Shown: piece after piece, positions 39,214-47,478 of the stretch | Numbering within the stretch: position 1 is the first letter of the stretch | How the letters are laid out: each line of letters starts with the position of its first letter | DNA from: a virus | DNA: 64,000 nt | Reading direction: 5' to 3' (one strand) | Virus record (IMG/VR): IMGVR_UViG_3300045988_141753 | Made by a program: the position numbers and the translations under genes | The notes under the pieces: generated by a model | The model's database searches: none | What the model was told of the DNA's origin: nothing | What the model saw: only the letters and a program-made list of their open reading frames with translations

Positions 39214-39334
39214 AAAAAAATAAGGGTATGCCACAACGGACACACCCTTATTTTCTGCATTTGCAACCAATTATTAGGTCGTACCAAATACAAATATGTT
39301 TCAACTCACTAGCTGTAGCAATACTACAACTGAC
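39214..39334 (-). ncRNA. Candidate sRNA A (~120 nt), paralogue of sRNA B
   Basis: Own promoter (39341-39369). 5' GUCAGUU plus an 8-bp hairpin, a conserved 22-nt single-stranded box, and a terminator hairpin (39221-39250) plus U7. No RBS-led ORF. Confidence 0.6.
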
Positions 39335-39340
39335 ATATAT

Positions 39341-39369
39341 AATATAGCATAAAAAAATCTATTTGTCAA
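39341..39369 (-). promoter_or_regulatory. Promoter of sRNA A
   Basis: On the minus strand: TTGACA (39369-39364), 17 nt, then TATATT (39346-39341). Confidence 0.6.
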
Positions 39370-39435
39370 GACGTTACAAACTTTTTTTATAATTTTAACT
39401 AGCTATAAATTTGGCAATCATTTTACTGCAATGTA

Positions 39436-39546
39436 AATAAAAAAGGTGTATTCATAAAGAACACACCTTTTTCTTGCAACTTAATTAGTTACACATAGAA
39501 TACAAATATATTTCAACTCACAAGCTATGGCATCGCCATAACTGAC
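39436..39546 (-). ncRNA. Candidate sRNA B (~110 nt), paralogue of sRNA A
   Basis: Own promoter (39553-39581). 5' GUCAGUU plus a 9-bp hairpin with compensatory changes relative to A, the same 22-nt box, and a terminator hairpin (39442-39470) plus U-run. Confidence 0.6.
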
Positions 39547-39552
39547 ATTTAT

Positions 39553-39581
39553 ACTATATCAGACTTGTAGTGGTTTGTCAA
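39553..39581 (-). promoter_or_regulatory. Promoter of sRNA B
   Basis: On the minus strand: TTGACA (39581-39576), 17 nt, then TATAGT (39558-39553). Confidence 0.6.
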
Positions 39582-39849
39582 CACGTTTTACTATGTTTTG
39601 TATCATTGCACAAATTTGGCTTGTCATTTTTGCTGTTTTGTACATATAAATTTTATAAGACTTTTATAAGACTTTCATAAAACTCTGTCTTATAATTTTC
39701 TAATAAAATCCTTGTAATTTTTTAATAAAATCTTTATTTCATAGAAACTATTCTTCAACTATCTCGTTAGCCCTTAACAATATTTTCTTTTTAACCTTTT
39801 CGCTTTAGGTAATATTATTATATCTAATTATTTATATTTCGTCAAGCGT

Positions 39850-39886
39850 AAAAAAATAGGGTACTAGAAATTAATCTAGCACCCTA
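39850..39886 (-). terminator. Rho-independent terminator ending the leftward late operon
   Basis: tagggtactaga / tctagcacccta stem, followed on the minus strand by T7. Confidence 0.7.
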
Positions 39887-39889
39887 AAA

Positions 39890-40894
39890 TTATTTCTGAA
39901 CCAATGTCAGAAGTGGGTAAATGCCAAACTCAGCATTGGCTGGTCTTACGTGAATTGTTCTTTTATCAATATTATAATATCCGTAATAATTCATACCCGA
40001 ATATGACGATAGCCACATTCCAGAGGTAGTGTCATAACCCAAACCTGTTAAAGCCGTAGTAATTGGCTTATTAACAAAGTATGGCAACTGTGACTCCATG
40101 CCTGAATTATCATAGCAACCTGAGGTAACATAATGTCCGAAAATCTCAGGCTCACTCGGTAATCTAAGCGAATAGGAGGTATAGCTATCACTATAGCCAT
40201 AGTTTTCCACACTTCTTCCACCACCATTGACATAAGTGTAACTTGTGGCTGATTTGTTAATCATAAGTGGTAATGGGTCTGAAAACTCAGCAAGATTATT
40301 TCCAAAAATATTTTTAAAATGCGCAGTATAAACAGGCATAACCTTTTGCTGAATGAATGTTTGAGAGTATGCGTGAATATCATCTAAGCCTGTAGCGTTA
40401 TCAATAACATTTGTTCCTATTGGTGAGCCAAAAGGCATAAATGTATATGACCGTTTTTCACTTGAGGCTTTTGTAGTCCTAAGAAAATCCACAGCTACAC
40501 ATACAAAATAAGTATCATACTCTACCGTTTTTGTACTTTCTTCACCATCAACGATACAAGGAACATTTTCAATAGTTCCTTTTATTTTCAGTTCTGTACC
40601 AAGACCTAATTCGGAAATATTGCCACGATTTATTTGACCGAGAAGCCCATTTATATTATCTGGATCATTGCAATTCCATGTGCCACCTGCGATATGAGCA
40701 TTACGATTTAATTTCTCCATGCGAACACAACTTCCACTCAGAATAGATATTTCATCTGTGTTTCTTTTAACCGAGGTAGTCAAATTTTCTATTTGGCTTG
40801 TAATATCTGCCGTACCGTCATTGTTCATAAGCTCCGTTTGGTTTGCTAGTGAACTAAGCTTGTTATCAGTTTTATTATATATACTTACGCTCAT
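39890..40894 (-). CDS. Tail-fibre-associated / receptor-binding candidate
   Basis: Last gene of the late operon, downstream of the XkdX-like ORF. Coiled N-terminus and a Gly/Tyr/Ser-rich C-domain. Function inferred from position only. Confidence 0.45.
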   Translation of the reverse strand: MSVSIYNKTDNKLSSLANQTELMNNDGTADITSQIENLTTSVKRNTDEISILSGSCVRMEKLNRNAHIAGGTWNCNDPDNINGLLGQINRGNISELGLGTELKIKGTIENVPCIVDGEESTKTVEYDTYFVCVAVDFLRTTKASSEKRSYTFMPFGSPIGTNVIDNATGLDDIHAYSQTFIQQKVMPVYTAHFKNIFGNNLAEFSDPLPLMINKSATSYTYVNGGGRSVENYGYSDSYTSYSLRLPSEPEIFGHYVTSGCYDNSGMESQLPYFVNKPITTALTGLGYDTTSGMWLSSYSGMNYYGYYNIDKRTIHVRPANAEFGIYPLLTLVQK

Positions 40895-41058
40895 TTGGTC
40901 TTTCCACCATCCTCATTATCCTCGCTTTCATACTTCGTCCCCGTAATTTTCTCATACTCCTCGGCTGTGGTCCACTTGCCGACGGCGGTGTGCACCATAG
41001 CAACCGACCACAAACGGCTGTCATAGTATCTCTTGACCTTGATGTAGTTCTTACTCAT
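40891..41058 (-). CDS. XkdX-like small protein (55 aa, below ORF-track cutoff)
   Basis: MSKNYIKVKRYYDSRLWSVAMVHTAVGKWTTAEEYEKITG... matches the XkdX pattern (..Y..g.W....v...V.kg.IT.eEYkeITG). ATGA overlap with the downstream gene. GC-rich. Confidence 0.55.
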   Translation of the reverse strand: MSKNYIKVKRYYDSRLWSVAMVHTAVGKWTTAEEYEKITGTKYESEDNEDGGKTK

Positions 41059-41188
41059 CACCGCTCACCTCATTCAGCTCCACACCACTGAGCATAGCCA
41101 GAAAATCAACGTTTGCCTTTATCCTGTCTATCTCGGTGACCTTTGGCTTTCGGAAATTATCTTCCGTCAATCCCAGTTTCTCCACCAT
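41051..41188 (-). CDS. small protein upstream of XkdX-like ORF (45 aa)
   Basis: ATG 41188, MVEKLGLTEDNFRKPKVTEIDRIKANVDFLAMLSGVELNEVSGDE. It overlaps the XkdX-like start by 8 nt. GC-rich. Confidence 0.4.
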   Translation of the reverse strand: MVEKLGLTEDNFRKPKVTEIDRIKANVDFLAMLSGVELNEVSGDE

Positions 41189-41231
41189 ATTTTTAGAATA
41201 ACATTAGTTTATTATAGCCCTCTTTAGTTAA

Positions 41232-43124
41232 TTAAGAATTCTGCCAGCAGTTAATCTGATTGCATACCTCAAGACCCATTTTCTCATACCCTCCATTTGT
41301 AGGGTGAACGTTATCCCTTATGTCAGTATCTGGATTCAAAATAAGATGGTTATATGAAACTCTAACTCTTGTAGTAGGATACAGTTCTTTCGCTTTTGTC
41401 GTAGCATAATCGCAATATCTAACAACCCTATTTCTGTACAAAGGCTCAAATACAGAGTGCTTCGACTGGTCAGCGTTAGGAGTCGTTGGAAGATTCAAGA
41501 TAACTTTCACCGATGGATTAAACGCATGAATGCTATCAATCATAGCTTTGATGTTTTCCCATGTAGGTATGATTTTCGTATCATCAAAATTATACAAATC
41601 ATTGATGCCAAGCTGAATTGCTACAAAATCAACAGACGAATAGTTATGATTTCTCATGTAGTAAGCAAAATCAAACGTCTGTGAAGATGGATTATAAAAT
41701 GGATTAACAACACCGTCATATGTTTTGTTTGTGAAGTAATCAGATGTAGTCCATCCCGCACGACCTTCGTTATTGTTTCCAGTTCCTTTTCCATCCCCCA
41801 GAGTGCCAAGAAGTGTAACGGTTTTGCCATTTTCTGTAAAGAAAGATTTGATTTTTGCGGTCATAACATCATGGCCTACCGTGCTATCTCCAATGCAAAG
41901 AAGCGAGCAATCCTGAAGGTTTAATGATTTGCAATTCCTTGCATATCCAGTTCCTGTGTTCGCTTCATTCTTCACGAGATTCAATAGCATGTCGTACAGA
42001 TTCCACAAATATGCGTTGTTACCATAATATGAAGAGATATTAGAAAACGTATATTTTCCGTCATGTCTGTCTGCCTGTGAACCGCTGTACATGTTTACAA
42101 AAAATCCTTTAGGGGTTGCAAAGCTATCTGTATACCAACTTTCTTCAATTCCAACAGTCATAAAATATTCACTTTTTGGCAATGAACATCCGATGTTGTC
42201 AGTCAGCAATGACATCGTGTATTTTTTACTGTCAACATATTCAATAGTAGCGATTTTGCTACTTTCAATTATTTCATCTGTTAACTTTTTTGATGCACTT
42301 GAATAAGGTTCGTATATAGTAGGTGCGCCATCATCAGTCAGTTCGACCATCGAATCAACATCTAAAAAATAGGACTTATTAAGTGTAATCCTAACGAATG
42401 CTACACCGTTTGGAATAGTACAAGTAGTCTTATTGTAGTCTCCACCGCTTTTTACGTTTTTATCTGCATCAAACATGCAAATTGATGTATAACTGCTCTG
42501 TATGAATTTACCAGAAGATATCAAATAACGAGATAAAGTAACAACTTTGCCAGATTCAACTGGAATATAATCTGTGACAAAATTATTTCCATACGTTTCT
42601 GTGTTTCCATTCGGATTGATATAGTTGTATGGAGAAGTTGTAACCTTTGTCTTATCAAGAAGATTTTTTGATTTAACATTAGTCAACAAATCATCTATGT
42701 CTTCCTTTAGCTGACTAACATTACTATTTGTATTATTAATTTCTGTTTTAGTTGCAAATGTACTGTTGGCTAATTCTTTAGTATAATAGTTAGAGGTTAA
42801 ATTATTATATTCAGTATCTAATTTTGTAGCAGTATTAGATATCTCTAATTTCATAGAAACTATATCAGCTTTATCAGCAGCTACACTTGCTTTGTCTGCG
42901 GCGACCTGTGCGGCTATCTTTTCCATTTCCGCTTTATCGTATAAAATCACCGTTTTATCATCAGTGATATATACAATTGTGCCGTCTTTTATAGTGGATT
43001 TATCAACGGCTTCCCACTCGGCTTTTGTGCCAATCCACTTTTCGCTTTCAACCTTGTTGCCTAATTCAGTGACAGACTTTTTAGCATTAGCCGCCATACC
43101 TCTAGCAATAATATCTGTAGCCAT
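41232..43124 (-). CDS. Tail fibre with C-terminal SGNH/GDSL esterase domain
   Basis: Fibre-like N-terminus MATDIIARGMAANAKK... and a coiled coil. SGNH block I is LCIGDSTVG and block V is DNVHPTNGGY. Confidence 0.65.
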   Translation of the reverse strand: MATDIIARGMAANAKKSVTELGNKVESEKWIGTKAEWEAVDKSTIKDGTIVYITDDKTVILYDKAEMEKIAAQVAADKASVAADKADIVSMKLEISNTATKLDTEYNNLTSNYYTKELANSTFATKTEINNTNSNVSQLKEDIDDLLTNVKSKNLLDKTKVTTSPYNYINPNGNTETYGNNFVTDYIPVESGKVVTLSRYLISSGKFIQSSYTSICMFDADKNVKSGGDYNKTTCTIPNGVAFVRITLNKSYFLDVDSMVELTDDGAPTIYEPYSSASKKLTDEIIESSKIATIEYVDSKKYTMSLLTDNIGCSLPKSEYFMTVGIEESWYTDSFATPKGFFVNMYSGSQADRHDGKYTFSNISSYYGNNAYLWNLYDMLLNLVKNEANTGTGYARNCKSLNLQDCSLLCIGDSTVGHDVMTAKIKSFFTENGKTVTLLGTLGDGKGTGNNNEGRAGWTTSDYFTNKTYDGVVNPFYNPSSQTFDFAYYMRNHNYSSVDFVAIQLGINDLYNFDDTKIIPTWENIKAMIDSIHAFNPSVKVILNLPTTPNADQSKHSVFEPLYRNRVVRYCDYATTKAKELYPTTRVRVSYNHLILNPDTDIRDNVHPTNGGYEKMGLEVCNQINCWQNS

Positions 43125-43136
43125 AAATCCACCTCC

Positions 43137-43436
43137 TTAATATGTTATAGTTCCCCAAATTTTGTTTACACCCTTGACATTTTTAACAGTTACACTATAG
43201 TAACCACTAACATCTCCTGCATAAACATTTTCTGTTGTAATCGTATCAACTGTTGAGAAGTCGCTCAGATCAACCATCATAAGCACTTCCTCTGCACCAT
43301 TCTGAGTCAGTTTTCCTACAACCTGAAAACTACCAGTTCCCGAAGCCTGTACTTTAAAATCAGCACCAATGCCAACTTTCAGCTCAAAAGCTTTTCCGTT
43401 TTCATACAGGTTTCCGTTTGTAGCACAATACGCCAT
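43137..43436 (-). CDS. hypothetical small structural protein
   Basis: GAAAGGAAG RBS. Beta-rich composition. No motif recognised. Confidence 0.5.
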   Translation of the reverse strand: MAYCATNGNLYENGKAFELKVGIGADFKVQASGTGSFQVVGKLTQNGAEEVLMMVDLSDFSTVDTITTENVYAGDVSGYYSVTVKNVKGVNKIWGTITY

Positions 43437-43456
43437 AGTTCATCTTCCTTTCGTAT

Positions 43457-43498
43457 AAATAAAATATAACAAGGGCGAAGCTGTATTACCTCGCCCTT
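43457..43498 (-). terminator. Hairpin + T-rich tract after the endolysin gene
   Basis: aagggcga / tcgccctt stem with a 12-nt loop. T-rich on the minus strand. Confidence 0.5.
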
Positions 43499-43509
43499 TA
43501 ACAACGATA

Positions 43510-44400
43510 TTACTTAATAGCACTTGCAAGCTTCTTGATAAACTTCTCACCTGCAACACTATTCTGCTTATAACCCCACTTTTTCAGCAGAGCATTAACA
43601 GCCTTTTCAGTACCCTCGCCAAATATACTATTTTCGTCAAGTGTGACGTTGTGAAGTTTTCTTGCCTTGGCTATGATGAGCATTTCTTTTAGAGCAAGAA
43701 CACCACTGGTCTTATCACCCTTTTTATAACCAGACTTTTCGAGTATCGAAAGTTCATTGTTTTTTTGCTTTTTAAAACCATTAAGACCCTTTTTCTTTAT
43801 AATTGCGGTAAAATCTTTATAGGCATAATTGCAATCACAGTTTCCATTTACACCTGAAACCGAGCCTTTACTTGTGTACTGCCACATACCATAGCTACCA
43901 CCGTATGAAGGCTTTGACTTGTCAAATTCAGCAAGCCATACACAATATTTGTTTTTACAATCACTAGGAACTTTACTGTTAAGAAAAGCAGCATAGCTAT
44001 AAAGCATTACATAATAATTTTTCTTTTCACAATAACCGCAAAAAGCATTAATTATACTACCTATAGTAGAAGCCGATAAATCGCACTGTGTACTATCTTC
44101 TATATCAAAAGCAATAGGCATTTCAAAAGTTTTACCCTTGATTGCTTCAAGAAACACCTTGGCTTCTAATTCGGCATCTGCTGATGTTAGAGCATATGAA
44201 TACCAATAAGCACCAACTTTAAGTCCTGCTGATTTTGCCTTTTTGTAATTGGTTTCAAAACATTCGTCTTTCTGACCGATACATTTGCCGTAGCCTGCGT
44301 TTATCATAACAAAGTCATATCCTGCCCTTTTTACTTTGTTAAAATCTACATTAGTACCCTGCCAATGAGAAACATCTATACCTTTTATTGTTGTTGCCAT
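43510..44400 (-). CDS. Endolysin: GH25 muramidase + C-terminal peptidoglycan-binding-like domain
   Basis: IKGIDVSHWQG...DFVMINAGYG is the GH25 signature. The C-terminus GEGTEKAVNALLKKWGY is PG_binding_1-like. Confidence 0.8.
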   Translation of the reverse strand: MATTIKGIDVSHWQGTNVDFNKVKRAGYDFVMINAGYGKCIGQKDECFETNYKKAKSAGLKVGAYWYSYALTSADAELEAKVFLEAIKGKTFEMPIAFDIEDSTQCDLSASTIGSIINAFCGYCEKKNYYVMLYSYAAFLNSKVPSDCKNKYCVWLAEFDKSKPSYGGSYGMWQYTSKGSVSGVNGNCDCNYAYKDFTAIIKKKGLNGFKKQKNNELSILEKSGYKKGDKTSGVLALKEMLIIAKARKLHNVTLDENSIFGEGTEKAVNALLKKWGYKQNSVAGEKFIKKLASAIK

Positions 44401-44420
44401 AAAAATTACTTCCTTTCCAA

Positions 44421-44834
44421 TTAATCTTCCTTTACAGGCAGTTTATTTAATTCGTCTACACAGTTATGTACAAAACTATTGCCACCAATAGATGAATAGC
44501 TTTCGTATAGTCTTGCGAGATTTTCTTTTTCGTACAGTGAAATACTATTTTCTTTCATTCTTGAATTATAAATTGCTAAAATAGAATTTCTCAGCGTGGC
44601 CTGCAAAGCCAAACTTTGTTTTTGTAACTCATTTTCCATGCTTTGATTCTGTTCTACCTGTCTTTCCACTAATACTGTTAATTTATCTATTTTTTTATTT
44701 AGATTATCTTTGCCACTTGTTTTTGAAATCCACTCTACAAATCTATTCCTGATTGGTTTAACAATAATTGTTATCAGTGCCAAAATGGTTGTAATACTTC
44801 CACAGTAGGTAGCAATTTCCTTAACCGTGCTCAT
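44421..44834 (-). CDS. membrane-anchored coiled-coil protein (lysis accessory?)
   Basis: N-terminal TM ITTILALITIIV. Lies between the holin and the endolysin. Confidence 0.45.
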   Translation of the reverse strand: MSTVKEIATYCGSITTILALITIIVKPIRNRFVEWISKTSGKDNLNKKIDKLTVLVERQVEQNQSMENELQKQSLALQATLRNSILAIYNSRMKENSISLYEKENLARLYESYSSIGGNSFVHNCVDELNKLPVKED

Positions 44835-44836
44835 AA

Positions 44837-45187
44837 TTACTCACCGCCATTCTTAACCTCGTCAATAAAATCTGTGAGTGATTTATAATTCATATCCTTA
44901 ACAGCACTTTCAAGCAAGATGACAAGCTCTACATCGGAAATCTTAATACCCTTTTCTTCAAGCAGGGCAAGCATGGTTTCTTTAGCCTTTTCAAGCTTTT
45001 CTGTGCCGTGAACGTCTTTATAAATCTGTTCTATGTACTTAACCGTTGTAGCCGCCACATCTTTCTTAATGCTGTCATTTGCGATTTTTGTATACTTCGA
45101 TTTTACAAAACCGACAATAGCCGTCATAACCGCTGTTAAAATTACAGGCAAATACTCTGTAATCATCTGAGTAATAATCTCTTTCAT
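44837..45187 (-). CDS. Holin, LL-H-like family
   Basis: Single N-terminal TM LPVILTAVMTAIVGFV, then an amphipathic charged tail as in LL-H-type holins. Lies upstream of the endolysin. Confidence 0.6.
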   Translation of the reverse strand: MKEIITQMITEYLPVILTAVMTAIVGFVKSKYTKIANDSIKKDVAATTVKYIEQIYKDVHGTEKLEKAKETMLALLEEKGIKISDVELVILLESAVKDMNYKSLTDFIDEVKNGGE

Positions 45188-45206
45188 AACTTTTCCTCCA
45201 ATAATA

Positions 45207-45229
45207 AAAGAGGGTTGTTAGCCCTCTTT
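45207..45229 (-). terminator. Hairpin directly after the 45230 gene stop
   Basis: aaagaggg / ccctcttt stem with a 7-nt loop. The T tract is weak. Confidence 0.35.
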
Positions 45230-46762
45230 CTATTTAAGTATTATTTTTATATGTGTTTCATCAATACGTTTGATAACCCTATAACCACTATCTGACTTGG
45301 TTGCCACGCCATTCACACTAGCCGTACAATATCCGTTGACCTCGCACGTTCCGTCATCTTGAACTACTAACTGTCCTAACAAGCCAACTTTGCTATACTC
45401 TTTTCTAGCCCCACGAGGAACATATTCAAGCGTATCGTTATAGTTTTTACTGACTATAGGATTGTGTGACTCATCATAAATCAACCGTCCATAAACATCT
45501 GTTTTATACTTATCATGCCAATCTAATTCAGCAGAGTTACCAACAATAGACGGATTAGCTGATATGACGCCGAGTATATAATCGTCTTTATTTGCAAGCT
45601 TGATTTTATCACCGTCAAGCGTAACGAATAATCCGATCCTATCTTGATTGTCAACATTTCCGTCAAGCCATTCAAAATATTCGGCATAGTCAGCACCAAC
45701 AGTTTTGTACGCACCGCCAGCATAAACATTGCCTGAAAAGTCCACTTGCATTGCAGAATTTTGAGTTAGAGTACCATCTTCTTCCTGACCGTTTCCTATA
45801 TTAAATAGTATACTTGCATTTTCCGAGCTTTTATAAGTTGATTTTGCATTGATACCTATAACGGTTTGGTTATCTGCCGTGGCGTGATTCCATGTACCTG
45901 CGACAAGACATCTATCATAATTAAGAACATAATTTTGCTCTCCAAACACGGCGTTATATTTTGCCATTTGGTCTTTAGTTTTGTCACCCTTAACAATATT
46001 GTATAGACCAACTACAATACTATCAGCTACACCCTCTAGTATATTATCTACGCCACTAACATATGTATCACGAGAATTGGAAATAGTATTTTTTGTACCG
46101 CTACACTCAACCGCCACACTATATTCAGACGTATTCCACGTACCACTGATGTGATTAGAAATACCACCAACGCTAGTATTATTAAAACCTGTTAAGGAAT
46201 TTAAACTGCTATTTTCACGAAGATAGGGTATATTGCGAGTTTTCATTTCTGAAAAATCAATATAATTATTGCTGTCATAACTATATTCGTAGCAGTGGTT
46301 TGCTTGACCTTCAACATGGTTATAATCACCATGAGCAATATTTTCGAGATAAATAGTAATCTTTTTTGTTCCATCAGGGGTTATAGTATACCAATAAGAA
46401 TTGCCATAATAATTAAACTTTTCCGAAATGTGATGATGACCATTACTATCAACGTATTCAACAAATCGTCCTACACTAGAATTTTGACTTCCTAGAGGTA
46501 TGGGTTTGCCATTCCTAATAGCAATGTAGCCAGCGTTTATACCGCCACCACGGAAATAGATCCACACACTGTCTCCCATGCTTAAAATCTCACCTGATTT
46601 ATTCAGAAAAGATTTTTCAGCACCATTATACTCTAATAGCGAAACAATGGCTGTACAATTTGTAGAGTCGTAGCTTTTAACCGTTCCATAGGTGTAACCA
46701 AGTGTTTTTTTATTATCTTGACTTTCCTTAATCAGCTTATTCATTTTAGACATTCTGTACAC
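45230..46762 (-). CDS. Tail fibre/appendage with Peptidase_G2-type intramolecular-chaperone C-domain
   Basis: GADYAEYFEWLDGN... matches the autoproteolytic IMC domain of phi29 gp12-type appendages. Confidence 0.5.
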   Translation of the reverse strand: MYRMSKMNKLIKESQDNKKTLGYTYGTVKSYDSTNCTAIVSLLEYNGAEKSFLNKSGEILSMGDSVWIYFRGGGINAGYIAIRNGKPIPLGSQNSSVGRFVEYVDSNGHHHISEKFNYYGNSYWYTITPDGTKKITIYLENIAHGDYNHVEGQANHCYEYSYDSNNYIDFSEMKTRNIPYLRENSSLNSLTGFNNTSVGGISNHISGTWNTSEYSVAVECSGTKNTISNSRDTYVSGVDNILEGVADSIVVGLYNIVKGDKTKDQMAKYNAVFGEQNYVLNYDRCLVAGTWNHATADNQTVIGINAKSTYKSSENASILFNIGNGQEEDGTLTQNSAMQVDFSGNVYAGGAYKTVGADYAEYFEWLDGNVDNQDRIGLFVTLDGDKIKLANKDDYILGVISANPSIVGNSAELDWHDKYKTDVYGRLIYDESHNPIVSKNYNDTLEYVPRGARKEYSKVGLLGQLVVQDDGTCEVNGYCTASVNGVATKSDSGYRVIKRIDETHIKIILK

Positions 46763-46767
46763 CGCCT

Positions 46768-47478
46768 TTACGAATAATCGGCTAAAACCATTTTGCAGTT
46801 ACCTACATATTTAACACCATTCATTGTGAATTTTACAACAGTTCCGTCAGCAGGAAACACACTGTCTTGTCCCATATAAACATAGAATATTCCGTCAGTT
46901 TTAGCAGCGTATTGTCCCTCAACTGTGCTATTCAATGGTATATTAAAATCAACTTGTGGTACAAGGTTCGTACCGCCATTGTGCAAACTTTGACTAAACA
47001 TATTATACAAACTTGCCATTTTACTTCCTTGATGTCCTGAATTTGAAGTAGGGGTAAAGAAACCTGTTATCTCTGTATCATCGGACAGCTTTCTCATCTT
47101 TGCAATAGCCCCACCTAATACATAGTCATTATCTCCACTTTTAAACAAAATCAACATTCCCCGACTTGTAGTATACAACATGACACTATCAAACTTGCTA
47201 TAGGTAAAGCTGACATAATCAGCATATGGTGACGTTTGGGAAGAGTCATATTCACCACACCCAGCCCAATAACGTGACTTTGCAGGGTCAAACATTATTC
47301 TAAAGTACGTTGTACCATCAATCCAAAATGTCAAAGTGTTATAATCGGTGGACTCACTATCAGGATAATTTGTTTCAATTTTACTCCAAGCCCACTTATC
47401 TTCAAAAAATGTTTTTAAATCTGCAAACACAGTTTCAGAAGAAGTTTGATTTGGAGTACAAGTATAAGTATTTATCAT
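46768..47478 (-). CDS. hypothetical tail/baseplate protein
   Basis: ATGA overlap with the upstream gene. Function inferred from position only. Confidence 0.5.
   Translation of the reverse strand: MINTYTCTPNQTSSETVFADLKTFFEDKWAWSKIETNYPDSESTDYNTLTFWIDGTTYFRIMFDPAKSRYWAGCGEYDSSQTSPYADYVSFTYSKFDSVMLYTTSRGMLILFKSGDNDYVLGGAIAKMRKLSDDTEITGFFTPTSNSGHQGSKMASLYNMFSQSLHNGGTNLVPQVDFNIPLNSTVEGQYAAKTDGIFYVYMGQDSVFPADGTVVKFTMNGVKYVGNCKMVLADYS

Noticed and set aside
39363-39393. Plus-strand promoter-like TTGTCA...TATAAT, and its unit-B counterpart at 39575-39606.
   Set aside because: The spacers are 19-20 nt. The same TTGTCAA sequence reads as a perfect TTGACA -35 with an exact 17-nt spacing on the minus strand. 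That reading fits the terminators better.
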